Assembly (NCBI GenBank): GCA_043228905.1
Contig: JBHGNT010000011.1
Span: 11,904,001 to 11,968,000 of the forward strand
Source of the DNA: Azolla caroliniana
Lineage: Eukaryota; Plantae; Polypodiophyta
DNA length: 64,000 nt
Direction of reading: 5' to 3'
Positions 1 to 12,909 of the stretch are shown here, piece by piece. A program made the translations under genes and the position numbers. The notes beneath the pieces were generated by a model. The model saw only the letters and a program-made list of their open reading frames with translations, did not search any database and had not been told where the DNA came from. Each line of letters starts with the position of its first letter. The first letter of the stretch is position 1.

Positions 1-800
1 CTTTTGGGATTTGATGAGGATGGATAATTTTCAAAAACAAATGTGTGACATGAAACTTCATCGGCCATGATTACTTTTTTTTTATTTTGAATAAATCTCA
101 AGACATTGTGCTGTAGCATTAGGATAAGTTTTGGTATGCATATGATTTATAATTTGATACCTACCACCTCTTTAAGAGAATCATACTATGGGTGAGTAAG
201 TTCAGCTGCTCTTCATTTCTTTTATTGCTTTGCTCTCCAACTTAAAATGGCTTTTAATCAAGCTCTCAACCTTGTAACACAATAGGGAAGTGGTTTAGAC
301 CTAGGAGTTGTAACTCTTGATTTTCTTTACTGTACCCTTACCTTTGCTTTATTTCTTCCCTTCCCACTCTATATCAATTTATGCTTAAATACTGGCTATT
401 TCATACAAGGTATAAGTGCTTTGTTTAATCCTTGAAGATCTCAATCAACTCTTGTATCTTAACCATATAATATTCATGACTTATTGCTACTTTCTCAAAC
501 TTATTGAAAGAATGAATGCTTTCATATATGTAAGCAGCAAGACCTATATTCTTCATTAGGAGGACAAATTAATGCATTTTAGTTCATATAACTGATCATC
601 TTGTTACGACCTTACACTATAGAAGATGGAGAATTGCAAATTGGGAGATATTTTCTTGAGAGACATTATAATAAGTTGTTATGGTGTGGTTTGGCAAGAG
701 TACCATGTGGTAGAAGTTGCCTTATGTTTGGCTCTTATAATAGACAAAATATGTGTATAGTCAAACAAAAAAGCAAGGTGTATATTATGGTTTGGATGTC
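1..800 (+). pseudogene. Possible highly degraded LINE ORF2 relic (RT C-terminal region)
   Basis: Scattered remnants (..KYWLFHTR.., ..MTYCYF.., a later GG) loosely resemble the KSQAWPFSTR..MISYFL region of the LINE at 22634-23257; no continuous ORF. Confidence 0.25.
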
Positions 801-910
801 ATTATAGTAAACAAAACAAGTTTAGTTTCAATATCATGCATCATTGCTTATTAATATTATGCAATCTACTCACATGTGATAGTTCTTAGAATTGTAATGT
901 TAGAGGGCAA

Positions 911-995
911 ATGGCTATATCCTATATGGGATATTATGTATGAGGATTGGATTGGAAGGTTAGTATGGCTATATCCTATATGGGGTATTATGTAT
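911..995. repeat. 31-bp direct repeat (911-941 / 965-995), 1 mismatch
   Basis: atggctatatcctatatggg(a/g)tattatgtat occurs twice. Confidence 0.85.
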
Positions 996-1532
996 ATATG
1001 TATATTGGATTAGATAGCAACAATATTTGAAAGATTTTGTTCATCTTTTTCCTCTCTTTTAGGAACAAATAAAGTTGAATGTGGCCAATGAATTTTTGTG
1101 CAGATTGTCAAGTTAGTTTCTGACCCAAAACGTATCTGGACATGAGTTCCCTAATCTCAAATATTTTGTTGTGCTCGAGATGTCTTGACTCTAGCCTTTA
1201 ATGCTTCCCAATATCTTATCGATTGTTGAGCACAAGCCTCATTCTTCTCCCATGTTGGCCGAATTTGAGACTTTGGGAGCAAAATGGAGTATCATTGTAC
1301 TCTATTTGAGATTTGGTAGGTTTTGTGGTTTGTTGGAATGCCACATTCGGAGTTTCAATTTGTGTTTGTTTTTCTATTTTACTAGAGGTTATGATTCAAC
1401 TAGTGTATGTGGAATGCTTTTGTAAAGATTCATTCTACACTTCAATCATTATATTGGTATGAAATTCTTTTTGTTGTCAACTTCCAAAAGGTCAACCCAA
1501 AGAAAAGCTAGAGGATAAGTATGGAGATTGGA

Positions 1533-1872
1533 GTAATAGAGAGGTGAGAAATTTAGGTCTCAAACCCAAGACCTGGGGCTAGTAATCTAAGAGTTTATCT
1601 TAGGGATAAGGTAATTACGTTAGAGAGAGAGAGTTATTGAGATGGATGTAGCTCAGCTGGTAAGGTTGTTCAATGGAGACAAGAGGATCATGGCTTCAAT
1701 AGTGGCATCAAGTAAATTAAGAGATATGTGTGGAGTAATAATAGAGAGGCGAGAAAATTTGGGTTTTGAACCCAAAACGTAGTGCTAGTATTTGAGGAAA
1801 TTAGGTCTCAAACCCAAGACCTAGGGCTAGTAATCTTACAATTTATTAGTTGGGGCAAGGTAATTACAATAA
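1533..1872. repeat. Cluster of three degenerate direct repeats with an embedded tRNA-like relic
   Basis: gaaa(t)ttaggtctcaaacccaagacct(g/a)gggctagtaatct at ~1547 and ~1797, variant at ~1755; tagctcagctggtaag (A-box) at 1649 with a degenerate B-box about 43 nt later. Confidence 0.65.
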
Positions 1873-4800
1873 AAAGCGAGAGATTGATTGACTTTATAAC
1901 ATGGTGAAGTTTGCACTAAAGAAGGGTTTATGGATATATGGACCTAGGACCATTGGATGACTATTTTAATTGAGGACCCCATATTGCAATGTTATAGGTC
2001 TCATGCCATGATAATGCATAATATTGTAGTTAGATATGCGACACTTACAAAAAGATGGTATCAAAATTAAACTATAGCACAACATGATAAAGATCACATG
2101 ACTTTCCATGGATGTTATTGGCACGTACCCCTAGATTATTTCAACTCTAAGAAATAAGCCATGTACATTGAGCTTCGATCTCGATGTTAAGATTGTCATT
2201 ATCACTCCTTGGAATATATAATCAAAAGCCAATACCAAAAAGAGTGGCATCACTTTACCAAACTTCATTAACAAGGTAAAATTACATACTACATGTCAAT
2301 AGATGCGCATAAGTTTGAGAACATGTTTTGATGAAATGAAGCTGATCAAGTTTTGGCATTGCTTGCTTGCAAACAATGAAGAAAAACAAAAATACATAGT
2401 GTCAAAATTGTCGGACATGTGTGTGAAACGTGTAGTTGCAGCAATAACTAGTAAAATGACCCCTTATATGTATCGAAAGCAATACAATTTTCATATCTGA
2501 ACAACAATATGCCTAAGCACAATCCCATTACTTTGCTCTTGCTCTAAAAACATGCACAAGCGCGGAGATGACACACATTTATGTGAGTACGCATGCATAA
2601 ATATGTATACAAAGTAAGAGCTTGTAAGGGTCCCAAATTCCAATGAGAGGTTAATCATGATGAGAGAGAATATATAAATTATAACACATGAGTTATGACA
2701 AGAACACAAAAAAAGGTCAATGCTTGAGCCTTGAACGACATATGCATGCATGATTATATATGTATATGCGTGTTTGCATGTTGTGTAAACACCCCTAGAA
2801 AACGAGGTAATATCGATTATACTCTAGGATATTTCAAAAACATTAAATAAACCCTTTGTTCAAAGTACACATAGAAATATTGTACTAAATGATACTTTCT
2901 TAAACACATACCTTAAAAGCGCAAAGAAATTTAAATTGAATTTCGGAAACATGATGAAATCATTGTGCAGTCTAATTGATCTATAATGTAACTAAATCAG
3001 ATCAAACTAACTAATTATGATGCCATCTAAATAGTTGAAATGGATTAATTACGATGCAACCTAATGAGATTATCAAGCAATCTATTAGGTCAAACCAATT
3101 CATGATAAGAAAACTTCATTTTTCTCAGACTTTGTTAAGGCTTTTTATTTTCCAATAATGGTTTTGAGTTCCAACCTTACTCACACACGCCACCTTTAGT
3201 TTTCAACACGTTTCATGTTTACAACTCAAGAATAATTTATTATGTTCAAAACAATTTTGACCAAGGGTAGCTTTGATATTATGAGAAATATTAGGGGGTA
3301 TAAAGGAATATAATCTTGTAAACAAGGGAATGGGGATTTACGATTATTCGAATTATCATGTAAGAGACAATTGAATTAGAGTGTTGATGCTCCTGAAAAC
3401 AAGAGATATCCATCATAGTGTGCACTTTGCACTATGAACACTACCATCAATATGAACTCAGGATACCTTATTATTCACAATGAATAGAATCAACTAAATT
3501 CACCGTTGTGTGGAAAAATGTGGAGAGTTGTAGTATTCATTTTTAATGAGGGACATGAATTGCATTGTCCCAATATGAGCAATAGCGAGAATTTGGTTCT
3601 CGATTGTTGTATTTTTAAGAGATTATTGGGGGTGTGTGTGTGTGGTGGTGGGAGGCATCCTAGGTAATCGTTAGACCTTAGGTTCCGATGAAAATGTTGG
3701 TTGTTATATAGGCGTGAACAAGAAGTTGCTAGATAATTACATTTGAAAAATGAGAGCATCATGTAGAACACACACACACACACAAACATCTAACATTTGT
3801 AAATGAAACATCCCTGAAAGATGAACTAAAATTGCTACTCATGTGACATGGATACATAGTAATACCCAAACGTATCCTATATCTTGTGTGATCATCCAAT
3901 AAACATAATAATATTATACAAAATAGCCGTAAATTTCTCAAATGCGCATATCATGGATATGAAGTGGCTGGCCATGAGAACATTGTTTCAAACTTAAGCA
4001 ATACATGCATTCTAGACAATGAAATTGTTTGAAATTTAACATGATTTGAATATAACTTTGCAACATTTAAAATTGATACCATCTTATTACACGTTTAACA
4101 AACAATACTATATTTTTTTCCATTTTGAATTGCATGAAATCAAATTTGACTTTGCAAGTTAAGTGTTCCACAAGCCATAATCTTCTATGAGTTGACTCAT
4201 ATTTTATTATAGGTTTACATTTCAATAACCGAAATCGTGTTTGCATATAGTTGACTATATAAACAACTCTATGTATATATATTATATAATAGAACAAGTA
4301 ATTTCTAGCATTTGACCTTGGAAAACTAACCATTATATGACACACACATTGACAATGATGGGGGTAATTACTAATGGCAACATTTATTGGTTATAACCAA
4401 AATTAAATTGCATCTTCATATAGAAAGCCTTTAAAGAATTCATCACAAGAGATAGTGTGTATGTAGAATGCATTCTTTTCTTAAAACTTTATTGTGCTAA
4501 AGGAAGTGTGCCATGTTATGTTTGCATATTCCAACCAATTCAATTTGTGGCAACGTGAAACTTTGTATCCTTGTTAAAATGAAAGCATAATTAAAAGTTA
4601 CTATAAAAATGAACTTGTTTGTGCTATGGATACCCTAATCCAATGCGGCATGCCTATGTTTCATGCAAAACATTACCATGGAAAATCGATGAGGATAATG
4701 TTCAATTACATAATTGTATGAAAGAACCTTCTTAAGTGGACCACACAACAAAAGATGCATCGTACGGAAATTTTCTAATTATTAAACTACAAGATGGCAA

Positions 4801-5699
4801 TTGAAAAATCATTGCCTCACCGGTCGTAATTAAAATAAACGATTTGTTTGTCTCACAATTTGTCAATGGACAATTCAAACACATCTAAAAGATGAGTCTA
4901 GAAGCAATCCACACTTTTGGGTTTTGTATATTTAGGAGATCTTGTAGAAGAAATCATTTATTGATTTGATTTTCCTCGTTATTCAACTCCACAACTTGAA
5001 TTTTAGGACCCAATGCAAGTTAACAAAGAGAGGGTTAATGACAATGGGAGTTGAACCTTACAAGACTCCCCCTGAAATTGGAAGTTTCCTAGTTTTTGAA
5101 ACTATAACAAATTATGACACTTGAACCTTCAAGTTAAACCACCCTACAAAATTTCCCTCGCGTCTTTGTGCAATGTGTTGCCTATATTCTGTTGCAACTC
5201 TAGTTGTATCCCTCTTGTGGAGTTAGATGTGTAATGTTATTAGAGATTTGGGTTTTTTGGGGGGTAGGGGTCGAGAGAGATATTAAGGGTAGAGATAGAC
5301 AAATTTTATTTTTGTTACGGGAAGTTGAATATGACTAGTGGGACCAAAGTGAAAACATTTTAATATGGCATGTATGAAGTTGATAGGCGGGTCTCTTTCT
5401 TCCTCTCTCTTGAAGGATATTTCACATTGTTAGTCTTGTTATGTGATGTTAAAAAAACAAGATTGTCACATATGAATAAAAAGGCATTTTTCTTGTGACT
5501 TTGTATAGAAATGGCTTTTTGGATTTGATGGAAAAGGTAAATTTCCTTACTTATGCATGGATGTATATATATTCCTCTCACCATGGATGAATTGTTGTAG
5601 AAGCAATAATAAATCTTCAACATCCCTCGAGATAAAGTATTGTTAATTTCTTGCTATTCTTTTGAATAAAGAAGAGTCCAAGCGCATGTGATAAAGGTC

Positions 5700-6810
5700 T
5701 GATTTTCAAGTGGAAGCTTTAACCTGTCATTCGCATTTCTACTCCTAGAAGTAGTGTTGAGAAGTCATTTCGCTGAAAAAACTCAGACAAAGCATTTTAC
5801 ATTTCCTCGAGTGTCATATGCCAAATTTTCAATGCAATAATAATTGACTCATTGTGAAGTCTTCGTATGTATAAGTATGGAGGCACACAATTTCTTAGCG
5901 GCAATAGTTACCCCATTGTTTATGTTGTTGTCTATGAAGTTCCAACAACTTACTTTCTTCGAATGTCTTTGTTTCGTGTCAAATGCTAAAGACACTATGG
6001 CATAACTCATCTATATTGTTGATGTTGCATGTTCTATATGTTTTCCCCAACAACTTAGATCTCTTACGGATATTTTTTTTCCCCAAAACTCTATAATATT
6101 CATAAACATCAAGTGAGCAAATGACATGGTGATTTTAAATGTTACAACGTTGATGAATACTAAATGGAATTTCAAATAAATTATATTTGCCACATGGACA
6201 AGACATGGTGAAAGAAGCTTTTCTTAAGCAATTGTCCAACTTTCTTGGAATTTGTCAAAAGGGAAATACACGAAAACACATGTGAACATGCACAGTAAAG
6301 TAAAAGGGATGATACCTGTAGTTAAGCCATCATACTTTTGCTTAGGAAAATTATAGTGGATTAAGATGTAAAATGATATATTCATCATACGAGATCCGAC
6401 TAGATTTATTTACAAGATTATTCTCAAAACTAGTTTTATATTCCCACCCATCATAAAGTGTTGCCATTTTAGTGATATGTGAAGAGTTGCTCCAGTAATT
6501 AAAGAGTAGTTTAGAAATTTGGGGTCAAACCTATACATATATGAGGATTTGCACATGATCATTGAACAAAGATAATTGGATGGGTCTATGACACAATATA
6601 TGAAGCTCAAACATGGGCCAACATGTTAAGGAAAGTGTGTTATTATCTAGATTCTACACTCTTATCTTAGTGTACTTCCAAATTAGAGCATCACCAATAA
6701 AGTGTTGTATCAACATGGCAACTTGAGCTTGGATTTTTGTTGCCACAAAATTCCATTGGAAAGGAGACATTAAAAGTATGCCCCTTCAATCCAAATTTCT
6801 TCTTCCACCA
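5700..6810 (-). pseudogene. Possible ancient LINE reverse-transcriptase relic
   Basis: Fragments such as SPFQWNFVA, RFDPKFLNYSLITGATLHISL and FAHLMF are in LINE-RT order (SPxQxGFV; GFxxxF..LNG; HLLFADD); many stops and frameshifts. Confidence 0.3.
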
Positions 6811-6918
6811 CCTCTCCCCAATGAAAATATACCTTACTTTATAACACAATCAATATAATCTTGTAACAATGATGACTAGAAACCTTAGCCCCCAACAAAC
6901 AAAAAACTGTGTTATAAC

Positions 6919-7509
6919 TGTTGAGAATCAACGCTTCGATTTACCTTCTTCAACCCGGCCACAACCGAGTAATCGCGGATCAATGGAGCAGAAAATAGGA
7001 ACCAAAGAGAGAAATACACGAGTACACAGTGATTAACGTGGAAAACCCTAGATGGGAAAAACCACGGGAGTACAAGACTCCAAACAACACTATACAAAGA
7101 GAAGTATACAATGACGAGCTCCAAGGCGATGACCTTGAGCTCGCTGTCCTCGCCACAGGCGGCGGAAATACACAGAGGCGTCGTCCTCTTCCTCTCTCGC
7201 GCTCTATCTCACTCTCTCTCTCTCTCACGGCTGCTTACACTTCACTCCTCTTGAGTGGAAAAAACAGAAAAATGAGAAGCAACACTAAAACAGTTTGCCC
7301 TAAGTCATATTTATACTCATATGACTTTGGGCTATTTACAACTGTAGCCTCAGGGGCCCATAGCGAACATATTCACGGATATGTCCCTGCATCCGGATCG
7401 CTCTCCGGGTACATTCGTCATCCGATACCGAAACCGGGGTCTTCGTCATCCGGATCCGGAACCGAAACCGGATCCGACCATCCCATCCGAAGGGACCGTA
7501 ATCCCAACA
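6919..7509 (-). repeat. 3' LTR of element A (591 bp)
   Basis: tgttgagaatc...atcccaaca; matches 11626-12216; adjacent PPT aagggggagtt (7510-7520, minus). Confidence 0.97.
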
Positions 7510-7519
7510 AACTCCCCCT

Positions 7520-10500
7520 TCACTTCGGCATGGGATGTCTCTCCAATCCGATCCTCTTCCGGCATGCTTCCAGCTTGTCCGGTGTGAGCACCTTGGTCAG
7601 CATATCCGACCCGTTCTCGTCCGTGTGGATCTTCGTGAGCACGAACTCCTTGTCTTCTATCCTTTCCCGGATCCAGTGATATCTTCGCTGGATGTGCTTC
7701 GTCCGGGAGTGATAGGCCGCGTTCTTAGCAAGGTGGATTGCACTCTGACTGTCACAGTAGAGTCGGTACTCCTCCTGCCGGATACCGAGCTCTCTAATGA
7801 AGTCCTTCATCCATATTATTTCCTTGCCGGCTTCGACAGCCGCCATGTACTCCGCCTCCGTGGTTGACAGCGCAACCGTCTTCTGCAGCCTCGACTGCCA
7901 TGAAACAGCTCCCCCTGCATACGTCATCACATACCCTGATGTGGACCGGCTGGTATCTGCATCAGCCGACATATCCGAATCGGTAAAGCCGTCGAGTTCG
8001 GGCTTTCCGGAGCCGAATCGGAGGCACACGTTTGCTGTGCCCTTCAGGTATCGGAGTATCCATTTAGCCGCGTTCCAATGCTCTTTGCCGGGATTGCTCA
8101 TGTACCGGCTCACCACTCCGACTGCATATCCGATGTCCGGTCTCGTACACACCATGGCGTACATCAAGCTCCCGACGGCTGAGGCATACGGCACTTTCAT
8201 CATATCCTCCTTTTCAGCCTTTGTCTTGGGACTTTGCTTGCTGGACAGCTTGCAGTTTGTCGGGAGGGACGATCCGACCGGTCTCGCTTCCGACATGTTG
8301 AACCGGCGAAGCACCTTCGTCACGTACTTCTCCTGTGACAGCCACAACTGCTTCTTCTTCCGGTCTCGGATGATGTGTATCCCTAGTATTTGCCTCGCCG
8401 GACCCAGGTCCTTCATTGAGAAGGTTCGGTGAAGAGCCTTCTTCAGCATCCGTATCTTGACCTGGTCCCGTCCGACGATCAACATGTCGTCCACGTACAG
8501 GAGAAGTATTAGAGAGTCTCCTCCTTCGAACTTCTTCACAAACACGCAGTGGTCGGACTGCGTTTTGAGGTACCCTTCGTCGGTCATGAAGGAGTCGAAC
8601 TTCCGGTACCATTGCCGGGGAGCCTGCTTCAGTCCGTAAAGGCTCTTCTTCAACCGGCATACCAGGTGCTCCTTCCCTTTCTTCTCGAATCCTTCCGGTT
8701 GCTGCATGTAGATCTCTTCTTCGAGGTCACCGTGAAGGAATGCCGTCTTCACGTCCATCTGTTCTACCTCGAGGTCCATGCTTGCCGCTATGCTCAGCAC
8801 CGTCCGGATGGAGGTCATCTTCACTACCGGGGCAAATATCTCGTCGAAGTCGACGCCCTTCTTCTGCTGAAACCCCTTCACCACGATCCTGGCTTTGTAT
8901 CTCGGGGGGTTTCCGGCATCTCCCGGTTTCAGCTTGAACACCCACTTGTTACGGAGTGCCCGTTTTCCTTTCGGCAACTCCACAAGTTCAAATGTGTGGT
9001 TCTCATGCAGGGAATCCATCTCGTCCTGCATGGCACTCAACCACCTGCGGCTCTGGGTGTCATGCTTTGCTTCTTCAAAGCTCTCCGGCTCCCCCTCGTC
9101 GGTTAGCAGCACGTGCTCTGGTTCCGGAAATCTCCGGGGGGCCCTTCTCTCTCTTAGAGGATATCTCCGTTCCGGAGCTTCGGTAACCGGTTCTCCCGAT
9201 TCTTCTTCTTCATCCGAATCCATTTCGGGATCGGGAACGGTTCCGGTATCATTTTCATCTTCCTCGGCCGGTTCTCTTTCTTCACCGTCTTCGGCCGGAT
9301 CCTCGAGTGCTAACCGGTCCCTTGCCGGTCGGGACTGCTCCTCGTAGAGTTTATCCTCACCAGTCGACTTGGAGCTCTTCATCTTCTTCTCCGACTCCCA
9401 GTCGGCGAGTGTCTTGTCCTCCATAAAGACGATATCTCGACTCCTGAATATCTTCTTGTCGACCGGGTCCCATACTCGGTAGCCGAACTCGTCGTCGCCG
9501 TAACCGAGGAATATGCATGGCCGGGTCTTCGGATCTAGCTTTCCTCTCCGGTCCTTCGCCACATGCACGTATGCGAGACACCCGAACACCTTCAGATGCC
9601 GGTAGGACACTTCCCTACCGGTCCACACTTTCTGTGGCGTGTCTCCATCCAAAGGTACTGAGGGTGATCTATTTATCACATACGTCGCCGTCGACATTGC
9701 CTCAGCCCAAAATCCCTTGGGTAATTTCGCATGCGCCAGCATACTCCGGACCCTCTCCATTATGGTCCGGTTCATCCTCTCGGCCAGCCCGTTCAGTTCC
9801 GGCGTCTTCGGCACAGTAAACTCGAGTCGGATTCCCTTCGAGCGACAGTACTCCTGGAACTGCCCCCGGTATTCCCCTCCGTTATCCGCTCGTATCGCTT
9901 TCAGCTTCTTGCCGGATTCCCTTTCCACTCTCGCGTGGAGTTCTTTGAAGACGCACAACACTTGGTCCTTTGTCTTCATCGGTGCCGTCCACAGTTTTCG
10001 GCTATGATCATCGATGAATGTTACGAAGTACTGGGCTCCGCCATGTGACTTCGTTTCTACCTGACACACATCAGTGTGCACCAACTCCAATGGTGCGCTA
10101 CGTCTCGTCGGTGGCCTTGAGTGGAAGGAAGTTCGGTTCTGCTTACCGGCCAGGCAATCGGTGCACTTCTCCAGGTGCACATGCTTCACTGGGATAAGGT
10201 TGTCTTCTGCAAGCCTCTTCATCCCCTTCTCACTCATGTGGCACAGTCTTTTGTGCCACAGCTCACCGGCAGTGTCGGCTGCCACATTCAGCTCTTCCGG
10301 ACACAACCAGGCATTCATCAGGTACAGTGTGTTGACCTTCCGGGCCCGAGCCACTATCAAGCTCCCCTTGCTGAACTTCATGACACCGTTCCGGATGCTA
10401 CCCGTGTAGCCTTCATCATCTAGCCTCCCGGCCGAAATCAGGTTCAGTCGGACCTCCGGAACGTGTCGGACATTCTTCAGCAGCATTTTGCATCCGGTCG

Positions 10501-11596
10501 GGGTTGTCAACCACACGTCTCCTATGCCGGCAATCCGGCACGTACCTTCGTTTCCCATCCGAACGCAGCCATGCTCCCCGGCTGTGTAGGATGAGAAGTA
10601 TCTTCTCTCCGGGGTCAGGTGGAACGATGCTCCGGAATCGACCACCCAGGTCGTCTCATCGCCGGCAATGTTTAGCTCACCTTCTTCTGTGATGAGCATG
10701 ATTTCTTCTTCACTTGCCGCGAGTGCCGTCGTTCCTTTCCGGTCCTGCCCTCGCCGATCCGAACCTCTACGGTCCGTGGCTCCCCGGTATGCACCGTTTC
10801 TCTCCGGTGACTTCTTCGAATCGGTGTCGTCGGCTCCGTTGTCTTTTCGGTAATGCCGACAATTCTTTCGGAAGTGCCCCGGCTTCCCACAGTGGAAGCA
10901 TGTGGGCCTTCCTCTTGACTGCGACCGGGTCCCCGACTTCTCCCGTCTTTGCGGACTCCGGTTCCATTGTCTTCCCCGATCCGATTCGGTAAATAGCATC
11001 TTCGGTTCGGAGGCCGGTTCCTTGTCTCTCCGACACGCTTCTTCGTTCAAGATACTTGTCTTTACCGTTTGCAAGGACAAGTTATCTTCGGTGCAGGAGG
11101 TGCTGAGAGTCACCACCAAGTTCTCCCAGTTGTCCGGCAATGTACACATCAGGATGATGGCTTGCATTGCATCCTCCAGCGGGAACTTGATCGCCGCAAG
11201 CTGATTCACGAATCCCATGAACGTGCTTACGTGTTCCACCATACTCTCGCCGTCCCGGTACTTGAGATTCACAATCTTCCTCATCAGGGAGGTCCGGTTC
11301 AACGCATTCTTCCTCTCGTAGAGGCCCGACAGCTTCTTCCACATTTCATATGCGTTGGTGTCGTTCGCCACATGTTGTAGGACGCTTACATCGACATATT
11401 GTCGGATCGTCGCTACGGCTTTCCGGTTCAGGAGCTTCCACTCCGACTCAAGTACCCCCTTCGGTATTTCCGACCTGTCAATCGGTTCGTACAGGTCCCG
11501 AACAATCAGAAGATCCTCCATCTTGATCTTCCAGTCGGCGTAATTCTGTGCATTCAGCACCATCATCCCCGGCTGCCCGCTGCCGCCGCCTTCCAT
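7520..11596 (-). CDS. Copia Gag-Pol polyprotein (gag, CCHC knuckle, protease, integrase, RT, RNase H), 1358 aa
   Basis: CFHCGKPGHFRKNC, WVVDSGASFH, VHTD..DNGGE..NGLAER, LYVDD, FTDSD..RTKHI; first ATG after the PBS (MEGGGS) is at 11596. Confidence 0.96.
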   Translation of the reverse strand: MEGGGSGQPGMMVLNAQNYADWKIKMEDLLIVRDLYEPIDRSEIPKGVLESEWKLLNRKAVATIRQYVDVSVLQHVANDTNAYEMWKKLSGLYERKNALNRTSLMRKIVNLKYRDGESMVEHVSTFMGFVNQLAAIKFPLEDAMQAIILMCTLPDNWENLVVTLSTSCTEDNLSLQTVKTSILNEEACRRDKEPASEPKMLFTESDRGRQWNRSPQRREKSGTRSQSRGRPTCFHCGKPGHFRKNCRHYRKDNGADDTDSKKSPERNGAYRGATDRRGSDRRGQDRKGTTALAASEEEIMLITEEGELNIAGDETTWVVDSGASFHLTPERRYFSSYTAGEHGCVRMGNEGTCRIAGIGDVWLTTPTGCKMLLKNVRHVPEVRLNLISAGRLDDEGYTGSIRNGVMKFSKGSLIVARARKVNTLYLMNAWLCPEELNVAADTAGELWHKRLCHMSEKGMKRLAEDNLIPVKHVHLEKCTDCLAGKQNRTSFHSRPPTRRSAPLELVHTDVCQVETKSHGGAQYFVTFIDDHSRKLWTAPMKTKDQVLCVFKELHARVERESGKKLKAIRADNGGEYRGQFQEYCRSKGIRLEFTVPKTPELNGLAERMNRTIMERVRSMLAHAKLPKGFWAEAMSTATYVINRSPSVPLDGDTPQKVWTGREVSYRHLKVFGCLAYVHVAKDRRGKLDPKTRPCIFLGYGDDEFGYRVWDPVDKKIFRSRDIVFMEDKTLADWESEKKMKSSKSTGEDKLYEEQSRPARDRLALEDPAEDGEEREPAEEDENDTGTVPDPEMDSDEEEESGEPVTEAPERRYPLRERRAPRRFPEPEHVLLTDEGEPESFEEAKHDTQSRRWLSAMQDEMDSLHENHTFELVELPKGKRALRNKWVFKLKPGDAGNPPRYKARIVVKGFQQKKGVDFDEIFAPVVKMTSIRTVLSIAASMDLEVEQMDVKTAFLHGDLEEEIYMQQPEGFEKKGKEHLVCRLKKSLYGLKQAPRQWYRKFDSFMTDEGYLKTQSDHCVFVKKFEGGDSLILLLYVDDMLIVGRDQVKIRMLKKALHRTFSMKDLGPARQILGIHIIRDRKKKQLWLSQEKYVTKVLRRFNMSEARPVGSSLPTNCKLSSKQSPKTKAEKEDMMKVPYASAVGSLMYAMVCTRPDIGYAVGVVSRYMSNPGKEHWNAAKWILRYLKGTANVCLRFGSGKPELDGFTDSDMSADADTSRSTSGYVMTYAGGAVSWQSRLQKTVALSTTEAEYMAAVEAGKEIIWMKDFIRELGIRQEEYRLYCDSQSAIHLAKNAAYHSRTKHIQRRYHWIRERIEDKEFVLTKIHTDENGSDMLTKVLTPDKLEACRKRIGLERHPMPK

Positions 11597-11610
11597 TTTC
11601 TGCAACAGTC

Positions 11611-11622
11611 GCTCTGATACCA
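11611..11622 (-). other. Primer binding site, tRNA-iMet (element A)
   Basis: TGGTATCAGAGC on minus, 3 nt from the 5' LTR. Confidence 0.95.
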
Positions 11623-11625
11623 GTT

Positions 11626-12216
11626 TGTTGAGAATCAACGCTTCGATTTACCTTCTTCAACCCGGCCACAACCGAGTAATCGCGGATCAATGGAGCAGAA
11701 AATAGGAACCAAAGAGAGAAATACACGAGTACACAGTGATTAACGTGGAAAACCCTAGATGGGAAAAACCACGGGAGTACAAGACTCCAAACAACACTAT
11801 ACAAAGAGAAGTATACAATGACGAGCTCCAAGGCGATGACCTTGAGCTCGCTGTCCTCGCCACAGGCGGCGGAAATACACAGAGGCGTCGTCCTCTTCCT
11901 CTCTCGCGCTCTATCTCACTCTCTCTCTCTCTCACGGCTGCTTACACTTCACTCCTCTTGAGTGGAAAAAACAGAAAAATGAGAAGCAACACTAAAACAG
12001 TTTGCCCTAAGTCATATTTATACTCATATGACTTTGGGCTATTTACAACTGTAGCCTCAGGGGCCCATAGCGAACATATTCACGGATATGTCCCTGCATC
12101 CGGATCGCTCTCCGGGTACATTCGTCATCCGATACCGAAACCGGGGTCTTCGTCATCCGGATCCGGAACCGAAACCGGATCCGACCATCCCATCCGAAGG
12201 GACCGTAATCCCAACA
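11626..12216 (-). repeat. 5' LTR of element A (591 bp)
   Basis: Matches 6919-7509; adjacent to the PBS. Confidence 0.97.
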
Positions 12217-12909
12217 ATAACTTGAATGAATGTTCACAAAGTTTTGAAGGGTAACATCCTACATGAGTTTTTGTTTGCTTGCCAAACCATTGTCCATCGT
12301 TTCATCCTCGATCATGACCTCTTTACCCATATTTTTAGGAACCCAGACAATTCAAAATCTCAATACGCAAGTGAACTCAGCCCTCATTTGCCTGTAATGC
12401 AAATGGAGACAATAGCCACAACCCCGAACTATGTACTCAAGACATATTCTCCACATTTTGAATGGTTAATCAATTGCTTTGTGTTGAAATTGTGTGCCCA
12501 ACCTTAGTTGCCTATATGGAGTCAGGACAACTCTAGGTCATGAGTTAATTGAATATGTTTTAGCTCCATCGTTTACCTCATGTGTTCTTTGAGTGTATGT
12601 GAGCCCAGAAGGGTAGATGCCTTTGTGCCATATAGCACACATTACATACATACATACATTATTTATATACGTACACACACACACTTACATACATTAGATA
12701 CATATATGATATATACATACATGTGTGGTCTAAAAGGAACACCTGGATGCGTGTTAAAAGTGTTAAAAGCAAAGTTGTTACAGTAAAAGGGAGAAGAGAG
12801 ACTAACAGAAAAAACAAAATGTCAATGAGAGAGGAAAAGAAGCAAGAGAGAGAAAAGGGAGTTTTATTATTATTAATCATTGAGTATACTATATAATTAA
12901 AGGAGTAGA

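Larger units (their letters stand above)
6919..12216 (-). mobile_element. Ty1/copia LTR retrotransposon A (Tnt1/Tork-like), full length and intact
   Basis: TG..CA LTRs of 591 bp that look identical; 5-bp TSD ATAAC (6914-6918 / 12217-12221); Met PBS; PPT; single intact gag-pol ORF. Confidence 0.98.

Noticed and set aside
1900-5600. Short ORFs in the AT-rich region
   Set aside because: No homology or splice pattern recognised
7029-7679. 216-aa ORF across the LTR of A (and LTR ORFs of B, D, G)
   Set aside because: Frame not maintained between sister LTRs; no recognisable domain
7535-11617. Antisense and alternative-frame ORFs shared by A and B
   Set aside because: Shadow ORFs of a GC-rich gag-pol; sharing reflects high nucleotide identity
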